A stretch of 63,805 nucleotides of DNA, the filler included, from Chrysochromulina tobinii (lineage: Eukaryota), in assembly GCA_001275005.1 (NCBI GenBank). It is 7 parts of 7 records of this genome, joined end to end, with 100 filler letters (N's around TTAATTAATTAA, not from the genome) between each part and the next. Parts side by side here need not be neighbours in the genome. Positions count along the whole stretch, not along the records: positions 1 to 9,336 come from JWZX01000606.1; positions 9,437 to 32,392 come from JWZX01000607.1; 5 more parts are not named here. One strand, given 5' to 3'. Positions within the stretch are counted from its first letter, which is position 1; each line of letters begins with the position of its first letter. The position numbers were made by a program, and so were the translations under genes. This document shows positions 1-10,886 of this stretch, piece after piece. Under the pieces are notes generated by a model that did not search any database, was not told the DNA's origin, and saw only the letters and a program-made list of their open reading frames with translations.

Positions 1-2565
1 GGAGCCGCCGAGCTGGGCAATCTCACGAACATGCTCAGCACATCGCTCAATTGCCACCAGCCTACCTGCGTGATGACGGTGCAGGCCTCGGCGGGCAGCG
101 TGGTGCTCTTCATCACGCTCACCATCCCCAACGACGGCCCAGGCAACAGCAGCGCCACCGCCGCCGCCGCAGCAGCTTCAGCCTCTGCGCTGGTTGCTAG
201 CAGCCCCAGCGAGCTGACGAGCAGCCTCGGCGTGACTGTCGAGGGGACGGCGCCCGTGGCCGTGCTGACTGGGGTCTCTGTGCCGATCGTGGTCGCGCCG
301 CCGCCACCGTCACCACCGCCTCCTTCGCCGCCGCCTCCTTCGCCGCCTCCTTCGCCGCCACCACCAAGCCCTCCACCATCGCCGCCGCCGCCAAGTCCCA
401 CCTCCGTCGCCGCCCCTCCATCGCCGCCTCCCTCTCCACCACCGCCTTCCCCTCCGCCGTGCCCTCCGCCTGGTCCTCCACCAGCGCCGCCGCCGCCAAG
501 CCCACCGCCCACGCCGCCTCCGTCACCACCGCCCCCGTCACCGCCACCGGTGCCCCCGCCACCTGCCAACCCCCAGACCAAGAGCATCATGTTTGAGATC
601 ACCACTCCGGCTGGCCTCGATCAGGCCAATCTCACCCAAGGCCTTGCCGCCGCATTCGGCTGTGCTCAGCCGGCATGCTACGTCGAGGTCACTCAAGTGA
701 CGCCACCATCGCCACCACCGCCTTCGCCGCCTCCCTCGCTTCCGCCCCCCCCGTCGCCCTCACCGCCCCCGTCGCCGCCCTCGCCGCCCGCGCGGCCGCC
801 CCTGCCTCCTTCGCCGCCGCGTCCTCCTGCCGCGCCGCCCCCGCCGCCGCTGCTCCCGGGCGACTGCCTCTTCGTCGCGCTGAGAACGGACGATCCGGAC
901 AACTTCGGGCTGCTCCTCCTCAAGACGCTCGGCTACTCGGAGACGCTCTACGTGACCGATGACCAGTGGATCTCGTCGAACGGACCGTTTGCGATGACCG
1001 AGTCTCATCTGACGTACACTAACGGCGTCGTGGACGTGCCCGCCGGAACGGTGCTCCAGTTGCGCAACTTCACCGGATCGCCGCCGCTCGCGGCCAGCGA
1101 CCTCGGCGACCAGCTGCTCGCGTATGTGGGCAACTCCTCGAACCCCACTTTCTTGTGCGGCATCGACACCACCGCCGCAGGATGGTTCGTCCCGTGCGCC
1201 GAGACGTGCAACTACGCCAACGACGGCTTTTGCGACGACGGCGGCCCCGGTGCCGAGTTCACCCAGTGCGCCATCGGTTCCGACTGCGCCGACTGCGGCG
1301 TGCGCAACCAGACCCGCCCACCCGCGGATCGTTCGTACCTCCCCTCGACCCTCGTGGACGGCTACAGCGCGGTGGCCTTCGGGCACTACGACAACAACGC
1401 CTACCGCGGGACGAACATCGGCACCATCGCACAACTGCGGGCGGCGATCACCTCAGCCGCCAACTGGGCGAAAAGCAACTCGGTCGTCACCGCGGCCATC
1501 AACGTGATGAACGCCTTTGAAGTCCTTCCTTCGCCGCCGCCATCCTCATCAGGGAGGAGACTCCAGAGCGTCGGCTCACCGTCGCTACCGCCGAGCACGC
1601 CACCTCCATCGCCGCAGCAAGTGTATACAGTCGTGGTGACGGTGTACGCGGGCAACATCGAGGATGTGATCAACCTGGTGGCAGCGTTGAATTCCTCAGC
1701 GATTCGAATCAGCAACGGTCACGGCAGCTCTGTGCCACTGGGAAGCCTGGTGTTGAGCGTGACGCTCCCCATTCTGACCATCGTAACAACGGCACCCTGG
1801 ACGCCACCGCCGTCACCGCCTCCGTCACCGCCACCGCCCTCGCCGCCGCCCTCGCCGCCGCCCTCGCCGCCGCCCCCGCAGGCACCGCCGTCGCTGCCAA
1901 TAGTCACCCCGATACACATCAGCATCCTTATCGGGGCGGCTGTCGGCATCGGCTTGGCGATTTTGGTGTTGGCCTTCTTCGCCGGGCGCTATTGCATGCA
2001 TTGCTGCTACGCCAAGCCCAAGCCCAAGCCGAAGGGCAAGGACGGCAAGGACGGCAAGACCCTTACGCATACTCCCTCCAAGAAGGCACTCCGCGACCCG
2101 AACGCGGCTCGGGCGGAAGCGTACGCCAAGGTGCTGCGCGACCCGAAGACGTCTCGTCGCAAGGAGGCCGCCAAGAACGACGTTGAATACGCGGCTGAGA
2201 CTGCGGCCGTACAGGTTGCCGTCAGGGCTGCCGTCTCCAACCCCCCTCATCGTGAGCACGAGGCACGTGAGAGGCGTGCGAAGAAAGAAGCAACTGCATC
2301 GGAGCTCCTATCAGCCCCGGCGCTGGCGCCACTGCCTGAGCCGGTGTTGCTGCCTGAGCCGATGTCGCTGCCTGAGGCGAGACCGGAGCAATCCCTCCCG
2401 ACATTCAGAGCAGTGACCGCCCTCAACGACTTCCTCAGTCAAGTCATCTCGGCTCGGTTCTCACCACACGCACCAGCAACCGAACCAGCAAACGACGAGG
2501 TGGTGGCGCCCGCAGCGGTGCCAGAGAAGGGCGTGACGGACGGTCCGTCCGATCTGAATGCGTGA
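1..2565 (+). CDS. Ser/Pro-rich (SPPP-repeat) single-pass cell-surface protein, 5'-truncated
   Basis: Frame is open from base 1. Long SPPPP tracts, a Cys-rich module (CAETCNYANDGFCDDGGPGAEFTQCAIGSDCADCG), an RRLQ motif, a TM helix (ISILIGAAVGIGLAILVLAFFAG) followed by Cys/Lys-rich cytoplasmic tail. Confidence 0.85.
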   Translation, partial: GAAELGNLTNMLSTSLNCHQPTCVMTVQASAGSVVLFITLTIPNDGPGNSSATAAAAAASASALVASSPSELTSSLGVTVEGTAPVAVLTGVSVPIVVAPPPPSPPPPSPPPPSPPPSPPPPSPPPSPPPPSPTSVAAPPSPPPSPPPPSPPPCPPPGPPPAPPPPSPPPTPPPSPPPPSPPPVPPPPANPQTKSIMFEITTPAGLDQANLTQGLAAAFGCAQPACYVEVTQVTPPSPPPPSPPPSLPPPPSPSPPPSPPSPPARPPLPPSPPRPPAAPPPPPLLPGDCLFVALRTDDPDNFGLLLLKTLGYSETLYVTDDQWISSNGPFAMTESHLTYTNGVVDVPAGTVLQLRNFTGSPPLAASDLGDQLLAYVGNSSNPTFLCGIDTTAAGWFVPCAETCNYANDGFCDDGGPGAEFTQCAIGSDCADCGVRNQTRPPADRSYLPSTLVDGYSAVAFGHYDNNAYRGTNIGTIAQLRAAITSAANWAKSNSVVTAAINVMNAFEVLPSPPPSSSGRRLQSVGSPSLPPSTPPPSPQQVYTVVVTVYAGNIEDVINLVAALNSSAIRISNGHGSSVPLGSLVLSVTLPILTIVTTAPWTPPPSPPPSPPPPSPPPSPPPSPPPPQAPPSLPIVTPIHISILIGAAVGIGLAILVLAFFAGRYCMHCCYAKPKPKPKGKDGKDGKTLTHTPSKKALRDPNAARAEAYAKVLRDPKTSRRKEAAKNDVEYAAETAAVQVAVRAAVSNPPHREHEARERRAKKEATASELLSAPALAPLPEPVLLPEPMSLPEARPEQSLPTFRAVTALNDFLSQVISARFSPHAPATEPANDEVVAPAAVPEKGVTDGPSDLNA

Positions 2566-2907
2566 CGGCACACCGCATCATACGAGCCCTGGCCCCCTCC
2601 AGGCCACAATCAAAATCACAGCACACCGCATCGTACGAGCCCTCACCAGGCGGCCAGCGGAATTTCATTGGCATTGCATTGGAATTCAGAGCCCCCGCGT
2701 GGAGACCACGCTCAGCGGAGCACGCAGGCCGTGGTTGTGGCGCAGTCTGCCGGCGCCGTCGTTGGCTTACATGTATGGATCGCGTGGAAAAGAGCTAAGG
2801 GGCCTCGCACTGCTCGACATCGCCCCATGCAACACAGGGGCATTACGTGGCATGGTACATATGGAACGGATGGTATGTTTCAGCGCGTGGAAGAACAGAT
2901 CGCGCGA

Positions 2908-3012
2908 CAGTACGAAGGTAAACGCTCTACGTGGTACAAAGGTAAACGCATGGTACATAAGTAAACGCATGGTACAAAGGTAAACGCTCTACGGTACAAA
3001 GGTACACGCATG
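2908..3012. repeat. Short imperfect tandem repeat (about 19-24 bp unit, GGTACAAAGGTAAACGC core), possible transposon subterminal array
   Basis: About five copies of (t)ggtacaaaggtaaacgc visible in intergenic DNA. Confidence 0.6.
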
Positions 3013-3419
3013 GGGTAGTTTGGCTGATCGTACGCATTGTCGGCGACGGTGACAGTGAGTGACAGCGTTTTAACTACGACTGTGAACAACCGCACGGTTA
3101 CCCGGGACGCCGTAGCCCGTACGAATAAGGAATAACCCGCCTACCCGGTACCGTTCTGGGACCGTACTCACAAAACTGGTGTGCGGTGGGGAATTTAAAG
3201 GTGATGCCGTCTGAGGTGGGTGTGAGTTCTGAGCGCATCGTTATTTCGGTTACCGCGTTAGAGTTAGAAGGTGTGAGCGGTCCGACCGCTGGTCGTGGAG
3301 CGCGAGCGGAAGCTGTTCCGCTAACTGTCTACTTTGTCGTTGGGTTGCGAAATGTAAGTTCATCCGTGTGTTTGGCATGTAATGGTTGCGCCATGAATCA
3401 GATGGCGATTCGACCCATG

Positions 3420-4196
3420 CTAGGCTCGCTTCGCCTTGCTCTTCTTGCTGATCGTCTTGACCGGGCCAGTGGAAGCCGTCGCCTTGCCCTTAGGAGGTGC
3501 TGGCGGTGGCGCCTCTTCCTCTTCCTCTTCCTCTTCCTCCTCCCCCTCGTCGTCGTCGTCGTCGTCGTCGTCATCCTCCTCTGCAGCAGCTTGCGCCGCT
3601 TCATGCAAGCGCGCGATCAGCTGGTCCTTGGTCCCGGATGCGCTTACATTCATCTGTTGACACACCTCCATGAGCGCCGACTTTGGCAGTGCCTTGAGCT
3701 TCTCGGCGAAGGTCTCGAAGTCCTCCTCCTCCTCGCCCTCCTCCTCCTCGCCCTCTTCCTCCTCGCTCTCGTCCTCCTCGCCCTCCTCCTCGTCGTCTTC
3801 TTCCTCGCCCGCTTCCTCGTCCTCTTCCTCCACCTCGTCTGGGCAACCCGCTTCGACCCAGTCCTTGTACTCCTTGGGCGTGAACGGCATTGGCGCCGCT
3901 TCTTCGTTGATGCGGAAAAGCAGGACGTCGCCTTTGATGTTCGGATCGAAGGTCTCTGGGAAGACGTGCTTGGTCTTCTTCTTCGCGCCCTCGGTCATTA
4001 CTGCCTGCACGCCCAGCGACGCGATCGCACCAACAACAGTCGGCGTGCCTTTGAGCAGCTCACGAATCTTGCGGTGATCTGTGACGATCTCCTCGGATGA
4101 ACCATCCGCGCGCAACATGACGCACGCAACCGGCTCGTTGGGTGCCGCCATACACGCTTTGATCTGCAGGAGAGCCTCCATCTGCATCGCCGCCAT
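3420..4196 (-). CDS. Acidic SAP-domain protein with an N-terminal globular domain (DUF5880-like)
   Basis: SAP motif LKALPKSALMEVCQQMNVSASGTKDQLIARL between two D/E tracts; basic C-terminal tail (KKSKAKRA); N-terminal GDVLLFRINEEAAPMPFTPKEY motif. Confidence 0.8.
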   Translation of the reverse strand: MAAMQMEALLQIKACMAAPNEPVACVMLRADGSSEEIVTDHRKIRELLKGTPTVVGAIASLGVQAVMTEGAKKKTKHVFPETFDPNIKGDVLLFRINEEAAPMPFTPKEYKDWVEAGCPDEVEEEDEEAGEEEDDEEEGEEDESEEEEGEEEEGEEEEDFETFAEKLKALPKSALMEVCQQMNVSASGTKDQLIARLHEAAQAAAEEDDDDDDDDDEGEEEEEEEEEEAPPPAPPKGKATASTGPVKTISKKSKAKRA

Positions 4197-4947
4197 GGTG
4201 CCGTCGGTGACTGATCTATCGGCGCGAAATCTTCAATGCGTGAACGTGAATGTCAGACCAGGAGAAATTCGCCAAATTGGACGCGTGAGACGGCGCGTCG
4301 CCGCGAACGCCTAAGCTCCCCTTCGGCTCGCATGACATGCAATAATTTTTTTATTGCGAACTACCCTTGCGGCGGGTACATTGTACCCGCGACGCCGCGA
4401 GGAGCGCACGTTTCCGAACGGGGCAGAGCCCTTCCGCCGCTGGAGCCGCAGGTGGGACCGAAGGCCTCGGGGTGACTCTCTCTCTCTGCAGACACTCTCG
4501 TATGCCCCGGCATCTGACGGCGCGAGTCGATTCGATGAGACAGACGACAACGAGAACGAGAGCGAGACGACGAGATGGCAAGGCCTGCGCACGGAACACT
4601 GTGGCGCAAACGAGGCGGGTGCACGCGATCTCCACTCTCCTTCTCTCGGCGGGTTCGACGGGTTCCAGTCCCCATCCTGCACCATGCGGCGTGAGCGTTG
4701 GGTATCCACGAGTTCGATCCACGAGTTCGACCCCGGATTGGGTTCTATTCTCCGCGTTCGACTTCTCGGCACGCGTTCGACTGTTCGAGTCCACGAGCCG
4801 TACCCGTGTTTGTACCCGCGCTCTCGCTGCCCAGCCTCGCCCTCGCCTCGCCCTCGCCGTCTTCCCAAGCTTGTGCTAGCGCTGTCTAGTCCAACGGTGG
4901 TTGAAAAGGCGGGCGCTGCCAAGTCAAGCCCAGCGGCGCCGATCGTC

Positions 4948-6474
4948 TCACCGGTCGTACCGTGGGCGTTCGTCGTAGCCGCGCCGCCGGTCGTCTTGCC
5001 GGTCGCGATAGTCGTCGCGCTCGCGCTCGCGCTCGCCGCCGCCTCCGCGCTCCCTCGCACCATAGGGAGCTGGTGGGGGCTCACGCTCATATTGCCGAGG
5101 CTCGTCGTACCGATCGTCGTAGTAGAGCGAGGGGTCGTACGAGCGCGGAGGCGCTTCGCTCTCTTTGAACTGATGGCGGGGCGATGGCCCATCGGGCCCC
5201 ATGCTCGGCAGCGGCGGCGGCGGCGGTGGCGTCGGCCCCACCGACGGCCCGGGCGGCGGCGCCGTCGGCCGGCTCCCTGGTCCAGGCCCCATCATAGGCC
5301 CGATCTCCTGCCTGCCCTCCGGTGGCCTCTCGTAGCCACCGACAGCAGCGGGGCCGAGCGTGGGCTCGTCCTCCCGCGGGCGCCTCGCCGAGCCCGCGGG
5401 CAAACTCACCCACCCCTGGCCGCCCTCCTCGCCAGCGTCACCCACCGTGGGTACCGGCCGCCATCCTGAGGTGAGAGGCGGAGGCAGCGGCGGCAGCTCC
5501 TCCTTTGCGCGCGCGAGAACTTGCTCGCACTTCTCTTTGGCAAGTCGCACTTGGTCGGGCTTCCCGATGATCACGAGGAGTCGGTGGTCGTCGCCCTCGT
5601 CAGGCGGCGGGTACTTGTCGATGATGAAGATCTGCGAGCCCGAGCACAATTGCATCGCTTCGAGATCACGACCTCCCTTGCCGAGCAGCCTCCCGATGAC
5701 ACGTCGCTCAATGATCTGATCGTGCCGAATGTTGAGTGGCGTATTCTGAGCGCGGTGGATCGCCTCGCCCACGTAGCGAACCAGATAGCCGCGCCCGGGC
5801 CAATTGTCGGGCCGACGATAAAACTCCTCCTGCCCCGGCTGCGGCGGGAGCTTATCCGGCTCGGCAGGCGCGACTGGTCCGGCATTTGTCGGCGGCGGCT
5901 GCATGAGCGGATGCGCCGGGTTGTAACCCGGAAACCCCGGGCCGTACGGCGGCGGCACCATCGCCGGCGTCGGGGTCGAAGGCGGCGGCGCATATCCATA
6001 AGGCAGTGCAGCCGGACCCGCCACCGCGAAGGCCGGCGGCACCGCCACGTACGGGCTCGAGTACGGGTATGCGGGCGGGGCGCCCGGATAGGTCGGATAC
6101 GCGGGATGTGGCGCGTAGCCGTAGCCAGGGTAGGCAAGACGCGTCGTCGGAGCCCCTGCGAAAGCCACGTTGGCGGCTGGTGCCTCCGTTGCAACGCCCC
6201 CGCCCTCTTCAGAGGCACCGGCCTCTACAGCTGCGGCCGATGCAGGTACAGCTGCGTCAGTGCCTGGAGCGGCAGCTGAAGCTGCGTCTGTGGCTGGTGG
6301 TGCGGCTGCCGGTTGCTTATAGTCGGGCTGCCAAGGCTGATGCTGCTGCTGCTGGGCCGTGTACCCATAATACGCGTAATGCGGATCAGCGTATTGTGGG
6401 TTCGCCGCATAGTATGCCGCCCATGCGGCTGCGCGCTCGGCCTCCGATGGGTCGGTCGAGGGCGCCGCCGACAT
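4948..6474 (-). CDS. KH-domain RNA-binding protein with Pro/Tyr-rich regions
   Basis: KH signature VIGRLLGKGGRDLEAMQLCSGSQIFI...RLLVIIGKPDQVRLAKEKC; FUBP-like WAAYY motif at the N-terminus; RD/RE-rich C-terminus. Confidence 0.85.
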   Translation of the reverse strand: MSAAPSTDPSEAERAAAWAAYYAANPQYADPHYAYYGYTAQQQQHQPWQPDYKQPAAAPPATDAASAAAPGTDAAVPASAAAVEAGASEEGGGVATEAPAANVAFAGAPTTRLAYPGYGYAPHPAYPTYPGAPPAYPYSSPYVAVPPAFAVAGPAALPYGYAPPPSTPTPAMVPPPYGPGFPGYNPAHPLMQPPPTNAGPVAPAEPDKLPPQPGQEEFYRRPDNWPGRGYLVRYVGEAIHRAQNTPLNIRHDQIIERRVIGRLLGKGGRDLEAMQLCSGSQIFIIDKYPPPDEGDDHRLLVIIGKPDQVRLAKEKCEQVLARAKEELPPLPPPLTSGWRPVPTVGDAGEEGGQGWVSLPAGSARRPREDEPTLGPAAVGGYERPPEGRQEIGPMMGPGPGSRPTAPPPGPSVGPTPPPPPPLPSMGPDGPSPRHQFKESEAPPRSYDPSLYYDDRYDEPRQYEREPPPAPYGARERGGGGERERERDDYRDRQDDRRRGYDERPRYDR

Positions 6475-6652
6475 ACAGGGAGGCGTGCGGAGGCGCGACG
6501 AAGTTCATAGAATCTGTGTGCAGCGGGTTTGAAACTATGAATAGGCACTAAGCATCATGTCCAGTCAGGGATCTCATGCAGCGGATTACGAGCTCGAGGA
6601 CTCCCGGGTCCTCCTACTCGAAGTTTAACATTCATTCGCGCCATGGCCGAAA

Positions 6653-8293
6653 ATGCACTCTCGCTCCCACGCCGAAGCCACGCTGCGGCGCACCTTTGGC
6701 GCGACAGCGTTCCGCACCGGCCAGTGGCGTGCGATCAGCTCTGCGCTGGCCGGCCTCGACTGCATCGTGCTTCTGCCGACTGGCGGAGGTAAGTCCATCT
6801 GCTACCAACTTGTGCCAATGCTAACTGGCGGCCTGGTGCTCGTCGTTAGCCCTCTGATCGCGCTGATGGAGGACCAGGTTAGCGCGCTGGTCGCTCGTGG
6901 CGTACGGGCGCGAGCGCTCTCCTCCGCGAAGACCAAGGCTGAAAACGACGCGACGCTTACGTTGCTGCGTGATCCCGTTCCGGCTCTCGACCTGCTCTAC
7001 TGCTCGCCTGAGGGCGCGGTGCACAGCAAGATGCTCGGTGTGCTGAAGGTGCTCGCCGGGCGTGACGTGCTCAAGCTCGTGGCAGTCGATGAGGCGCACT
7101 GCGTCAGTCAGTGGGGGCACGACTTTCGACCCGCATTCGTCAAGCTCGGCACGGTACTGCGGCCTGCGCTCCCCAAGGTGCCGATCATGGCGTTGACGGC
7201 GACGGCGACGCGCGAGGTGGCGACGGACTTGGCTGGCCAGCTACGACTTGGTGAGCATGTCGTCGTGCGCGGCAGCTTCGACCGCCCCGAGATCCATTAC
7301 GAAATCGTGCTGGCTGACGTGATGAAGGATGGTGCGACGCCGTACACGGACCTCCTCGGCAGACTTCGCGGCGACGCGTGGCGAGGACAGGCGGGGCTCG
7401 TGTACTGCGCGACGCGTGAGCAGTGCGAGGTCCTCGCTGATCGGCTGACTGCCGATGGCGTGGGCTCGAGTGCCTACCACGCGGGCCTCGCATCGGGAAC
7501 GCGCACTAGTGTGCAGGCGGCGTGGCAGAGTGGACGCACTGCCGTCGTGTGCGCGACTGTCGCCTTTGGTATGGGCGTTGACAAGCGCGATTGCCGGTTC
7601 GTGGTGCACTGGTCTGTGCCGCAGTCCTTTGAAGGCTTCCTACAGGAGTCGGGGCGTGCCGGTAGGGACGGACTGCCTGCGAGCTCGCTCATCTACTATG
7701 CAGACGAGGACGCCCGGCTGGTGCGCTTCCTGCTTCGCAAGTCGGCCAACGAGGCGACCCTGGCGCAGCGGCTGAATGCCTTCGAGCGCCTCGTGCAGCA
7801 TTGCACCGGTGGCAAGGGCTGCCGGCGTCACGCGTTGCTCGCACATTTTGGTGAGACGGCGCCAGCAGCCGTTTCCATGAGTGCCGATGACCGTCGCTCT
7901 TGCTGCGACGCCTGCTCGCAGCCCGCTCGGGTGGCTGCGGCCGCGGGCGAGCTCTCGCTGCTTCGGCTGAGCAGCGCCACGCTCTCCACGACCATGGCGG
8001 CGGGGGCGAATGACGACGACGACGATGGCGACGCAGCTGCCAGAGGCACGCGCAAGCGTTCACGTGACGATCCGTACAGCACAGGGCTGGTCGACGCAGA
8101 CGCGTCCGAGGAGGACGAGGGGGACGGCATCGCACGGCCTGGCATGGGCCTCGTCCCCGTAGTCGCCGCGCGCGGGCCGAAGCTGAGTAAGGCGCAGCTA
8201 GGTGCGCGCCTGAGCCGGCTCGAGGAGCGCGAGGAACAGGAGGCGGGACAGAAGCTCACGGCTGCACAGAGGCTGAGAGCGCGCTTAGGGTGA
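6653..8293 (+). CDS. recQ: RecQ-family ATP-dependent DNA helicase
   Basis: Motifs [68 protein letters not shown], and Zn-binding [15 protein letters not shown]...CCDAC. Confidence 0.95.
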   Translation: MHSRSHAEATLRRTFGATAFRTGQWRAISSALAGLDCIVLLPTGGGKSICYQLVPMLTGGLVLVVSPLIALMEDQVSALVARGVRARALSSAKTKAENDATLTLLRDPVPALDLLYCSPEGAVHSKMLGVLKVLAGRDVLKLVAVDEAHCVSQWGHDFRPAFVKLGTVLRPALPKVPIMALTATATREVATDLAGQLRLGEHVVVRGSFDRPEIHYEIVLADVMKDGATPYTDLLGRLRGDAWRGQAGLVYCATREQCEVLADRLTADGVGSSAYHAGLASGTRTSVQAAWQSGRTAVVCATVAFGMGVDKRDCRFVVHWSVPQSFEGFLQESGRAGRDGLPASSLIYYADEDARLVRFLLRKSANEATLAQRLNAFERLVQHCTGGKGCRRHALLAHFGETAPAAVSMSADDRRSCCDACSQPARVAAAAGELSLLRLSSATLSTTMAAGANDDDDDGDAAARGTRKRSRDDPYSTGLVDADASEEDEGDGIARPGMGLVPVVAARGPKLSKAQLGARLSRLEEREEQEAGQKLTAAQRLRARLG

Positions 8294-8812
8294 TTTTCAC
8301 ACGATCCAAACGCAAACCAAACGCATCTACACAATCCCGCCCGGCAGCATAGGGCAGCAAGCGACACAGGGAACACCTGCGCGCTGGGTCCGCGCGCTGG
8401 GAGAGATTCAGCCGAGAAGCGTAATGCGTATGATCTCGTCTATGTCTGAATGTATTCTATGATGACGGTTGACGCAGGAAGCCAGGAACACCTCGTCAGC
8501 TACATAAAAATTGAGTAGCCCGAGCGAGTACTTGTGTTGACCAAGGGATGCGGAGCCGTCCGTTGAGACTGTGTAGTTAGGAGCGCTTCGCCTTCGGGGG
8601 ACCGCGACGAAACTGACTTTCTACCCAGGAAACTGATCAAGTTTGGAAACTTCTCTCGGTGAACGCCTGTGTGGCGGCGGCCAACGACTCATTGTGCGAC
8701 GCGCGCCTGGTCCTTGCGTCGCTCAAGCACACGCCTGCGCCGCCTCGACGTTGCGTTCGATTCACTGACGGTTGCCTCGCGTACGGCAGGAGCGTGGTTC
8801 GACAGCACGAAA

Positions 8813-9336
8813 ATGGCGGCAGCGCTCACCAAAGAAGAGGTCGAGGAGTATCTCACTGGGGTGGACCTGCGCACGCCGCTCGAGCGCGCCCTCAATGAAG
8901 CCGTGGCGTGTCTCACCACGGATCCGCCAAGCTTCCTCGCCGGCCACTTTGCCGCCGCGAAGAAAGCAGCGGACCTTGGCATCACCGCGGACATGGTCGG
9001 TCCATGCACGGGTCTGCTGCCGCAGCCAGCCAGTGGGGCCCGCTTCACGCTTGCGCTCGTGGAATACAACATCCCGGGGCACGAGGGCGGCGTCGGAGGC
9101 GCCGACAAGGGCAAGGACGGCCACCGCGTCGACTCCATCCCCATCGCCAACGGCGTCATCAAGCAAGGTTGCGAGTGCTTCCCGATCAAGTACGTGCCCG
9201 ACCAGGCGGCAGCATTCAGCAGGGTCGTCAAGGCGGTCGACGGCATCATCGTGCGCATCAACCCCGGCCAGATGCAAAAGAAGGAGCAGGCTGACTTCGA
9301 CGCGCTGATGCGCGAGTGCATCGCGCTGGGGATCCC
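8813..9336 (+). CDS. Cj0069-family (ATP-grasp-like) protein with an N-terminal RIIa/Dpy-30-like helical module; 3'-truncated at contig end
   Basis: GGADKGKDGHRVDSIPIANGV and DGIIVRINPG match the Cj0069-family N-terminus as I recall it; ATG at 8813; N-terminal YL...LERALNEAV...DPPSFLAGHF. Confidence 0.7.
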
Positions 9337-9436
9337 NNNNNNNNNNNNNNNNNNNNNNNNNNNNNNNNNNNNNNNNNNNNTTAATTAATTAANNNNNNNN
9401 NNNNNNNNNNNNNNNNNNNNNNNNNNNNNNNNNNNN
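9337..9436. other. Artificial contig spacer (44 N + TTAATTAATTAA + 44 N)
   Basis: Six-frame-stop linker flanked by Ns; the identical structure recurs six times. Confidence 0.98.
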
Positions 9437-10755
9437 ACGAAGATGTTGAGCAGATTGAGGACGGGACGGATCGGGTCGATCAGGCTGAAAATGGACTCGA
9501 ACCCCCCGATCGCGGACCGCGCTTGCGCAGACTCGGAGTCGCGCAGCTCAAAGATCTCGTCGATGATGCAAATGATGCTGGCCTGTGTGTCCGTCATCGC
9601 TGTGTACAGCAAAAAGCCGCCGCCGAGCATGAAGATGGCCGCGCAGTCTGTGGTGAGGGCCCAGCCGCTCGACGCGTAGACGGAGCAGCATCCCGTTGAG
9701 CAGCAGCCGCCGCGCGAAGGCATCGTCCCAGCCTTCTTCATGTCCTCCTTGTACTGGCGCGACGCGCACTGGGAGCCGATGACGCACGCGAGGCAGAAGA
9801 GGGCGCCGCAGACGCACGCGAAGATGATGATGTTGACATAGTCGAGCGTGCCGCTGCCGATGGTGGCGCTCACGCTGATGCTCAGGCTCGAGGTGGTTGT
9901 CACGCCCAGCGATTGCTGGAAACCTGCTGTAGACCAGTCGGTCTGGAGGAGGGCAGCGGCCGCGTTGGCGGTCGCATCATCGGTGTAGAAGACCGTCACG
10001 TCGACGACCATCGAGCCCGAGAGGATGGTCATCGTCATGTGATCGAGCGACATCTGCAAGAAGGGGTCGAGGCTGTTGCGGATCGTGTTCTTGATCTGAT
10101 CGCGCTCCACGGGGAAGAGGTCCTCGGGGTTCTGCGACGCCGTGAAGCTGATATCGAGGATGGCCTTCGCGTTGGTGACGTGAGCGGGGACGCTGCCGAT
10201 ACCGCTGAGGGCCGCGGTCATCACCGCGGGGTCGGGCACGCCGGTCATTGCCGCGATGATCTTCGCGCCAAGCTGCTCGGCCTGCTCCGAGGAGACTGAG
10301 CCGCACGTAGCAGGGGGCGCTGGCGGCGATGGGGCGCCTACTACGCCAGCGGAGCACGCGAGGATGTAGTCGGTGAACTCAGTCGCCGTCACGCCGTTGT
10401 CGTTGCTGGTGTCCGCCTTGTCGAACGCAACGGCGACGCCGTTGCCGCCGTACGTCGCAATCAGGTCGTTCTCAATGCCGAGGAGCCAGACCATGCGCGC
10501 CCACTCACCCGTGTTCTCGTCGAACTTGCCGTTGTTGTTGCCGGTACCGGCAGAGGTCCCGCCCGCTGGCCACCCGCTGGTCCGCCCGTCCGTTTTCGAA
10601 AGCAGGTTGGCGACGTAAGGCTGAAACCATTCAGTTCCCGTCAAGCGGCGTGCCGCGGGCCTGGTCGCTGCCGCGTCGACCAGCGGCGCGGCCGCGAGTG
10701 CCGTGAGGAGGAAGCACTTCAGCGGGGCGCAGGTGATCGGCATTGGCCCAATCAT
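9437..10755 (-). CDS. Multi-pass membrane protein with signal peptide, RRL motif and EF-hand-like loop; 3'-truncated
   Basis: Hydrophobic N-terminus (FLLTALAAAPLVDA), ARRLT, EF-hand-like FDKADTSNDNGVTATEF, TM segments (VNIIIFACVCGALFCLACVIG; AAIFMLGGGFLLY) with a Cys cluster. Start at 10755 or 10743. Confidence 0.7.
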
Positions 10756-10886
10756 TTGTCGGTCGCGCACTGCGAGTGAACGGGTGGTTACGCACGAGTT
10801 CGCACCAATTCGGGCAAGTTCGGGTTCCCACGCGACCCAAAATCCCTGGTAAGTAGGGACCTCCTCATGCTTTTGACTACCGACTA

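Noticed and set aside
3186..4100. 304-aa Leu/Phe/Val-rich plus-strand ORF resembling a membrane protein
   Set aside because: Antisense shadow of the D/E-rich SAP gene.
9381..9392. Recurrent TTAATTAATTAA motif
   Set aside because: Artificial six-frame-stop linker between contigs; not biological.
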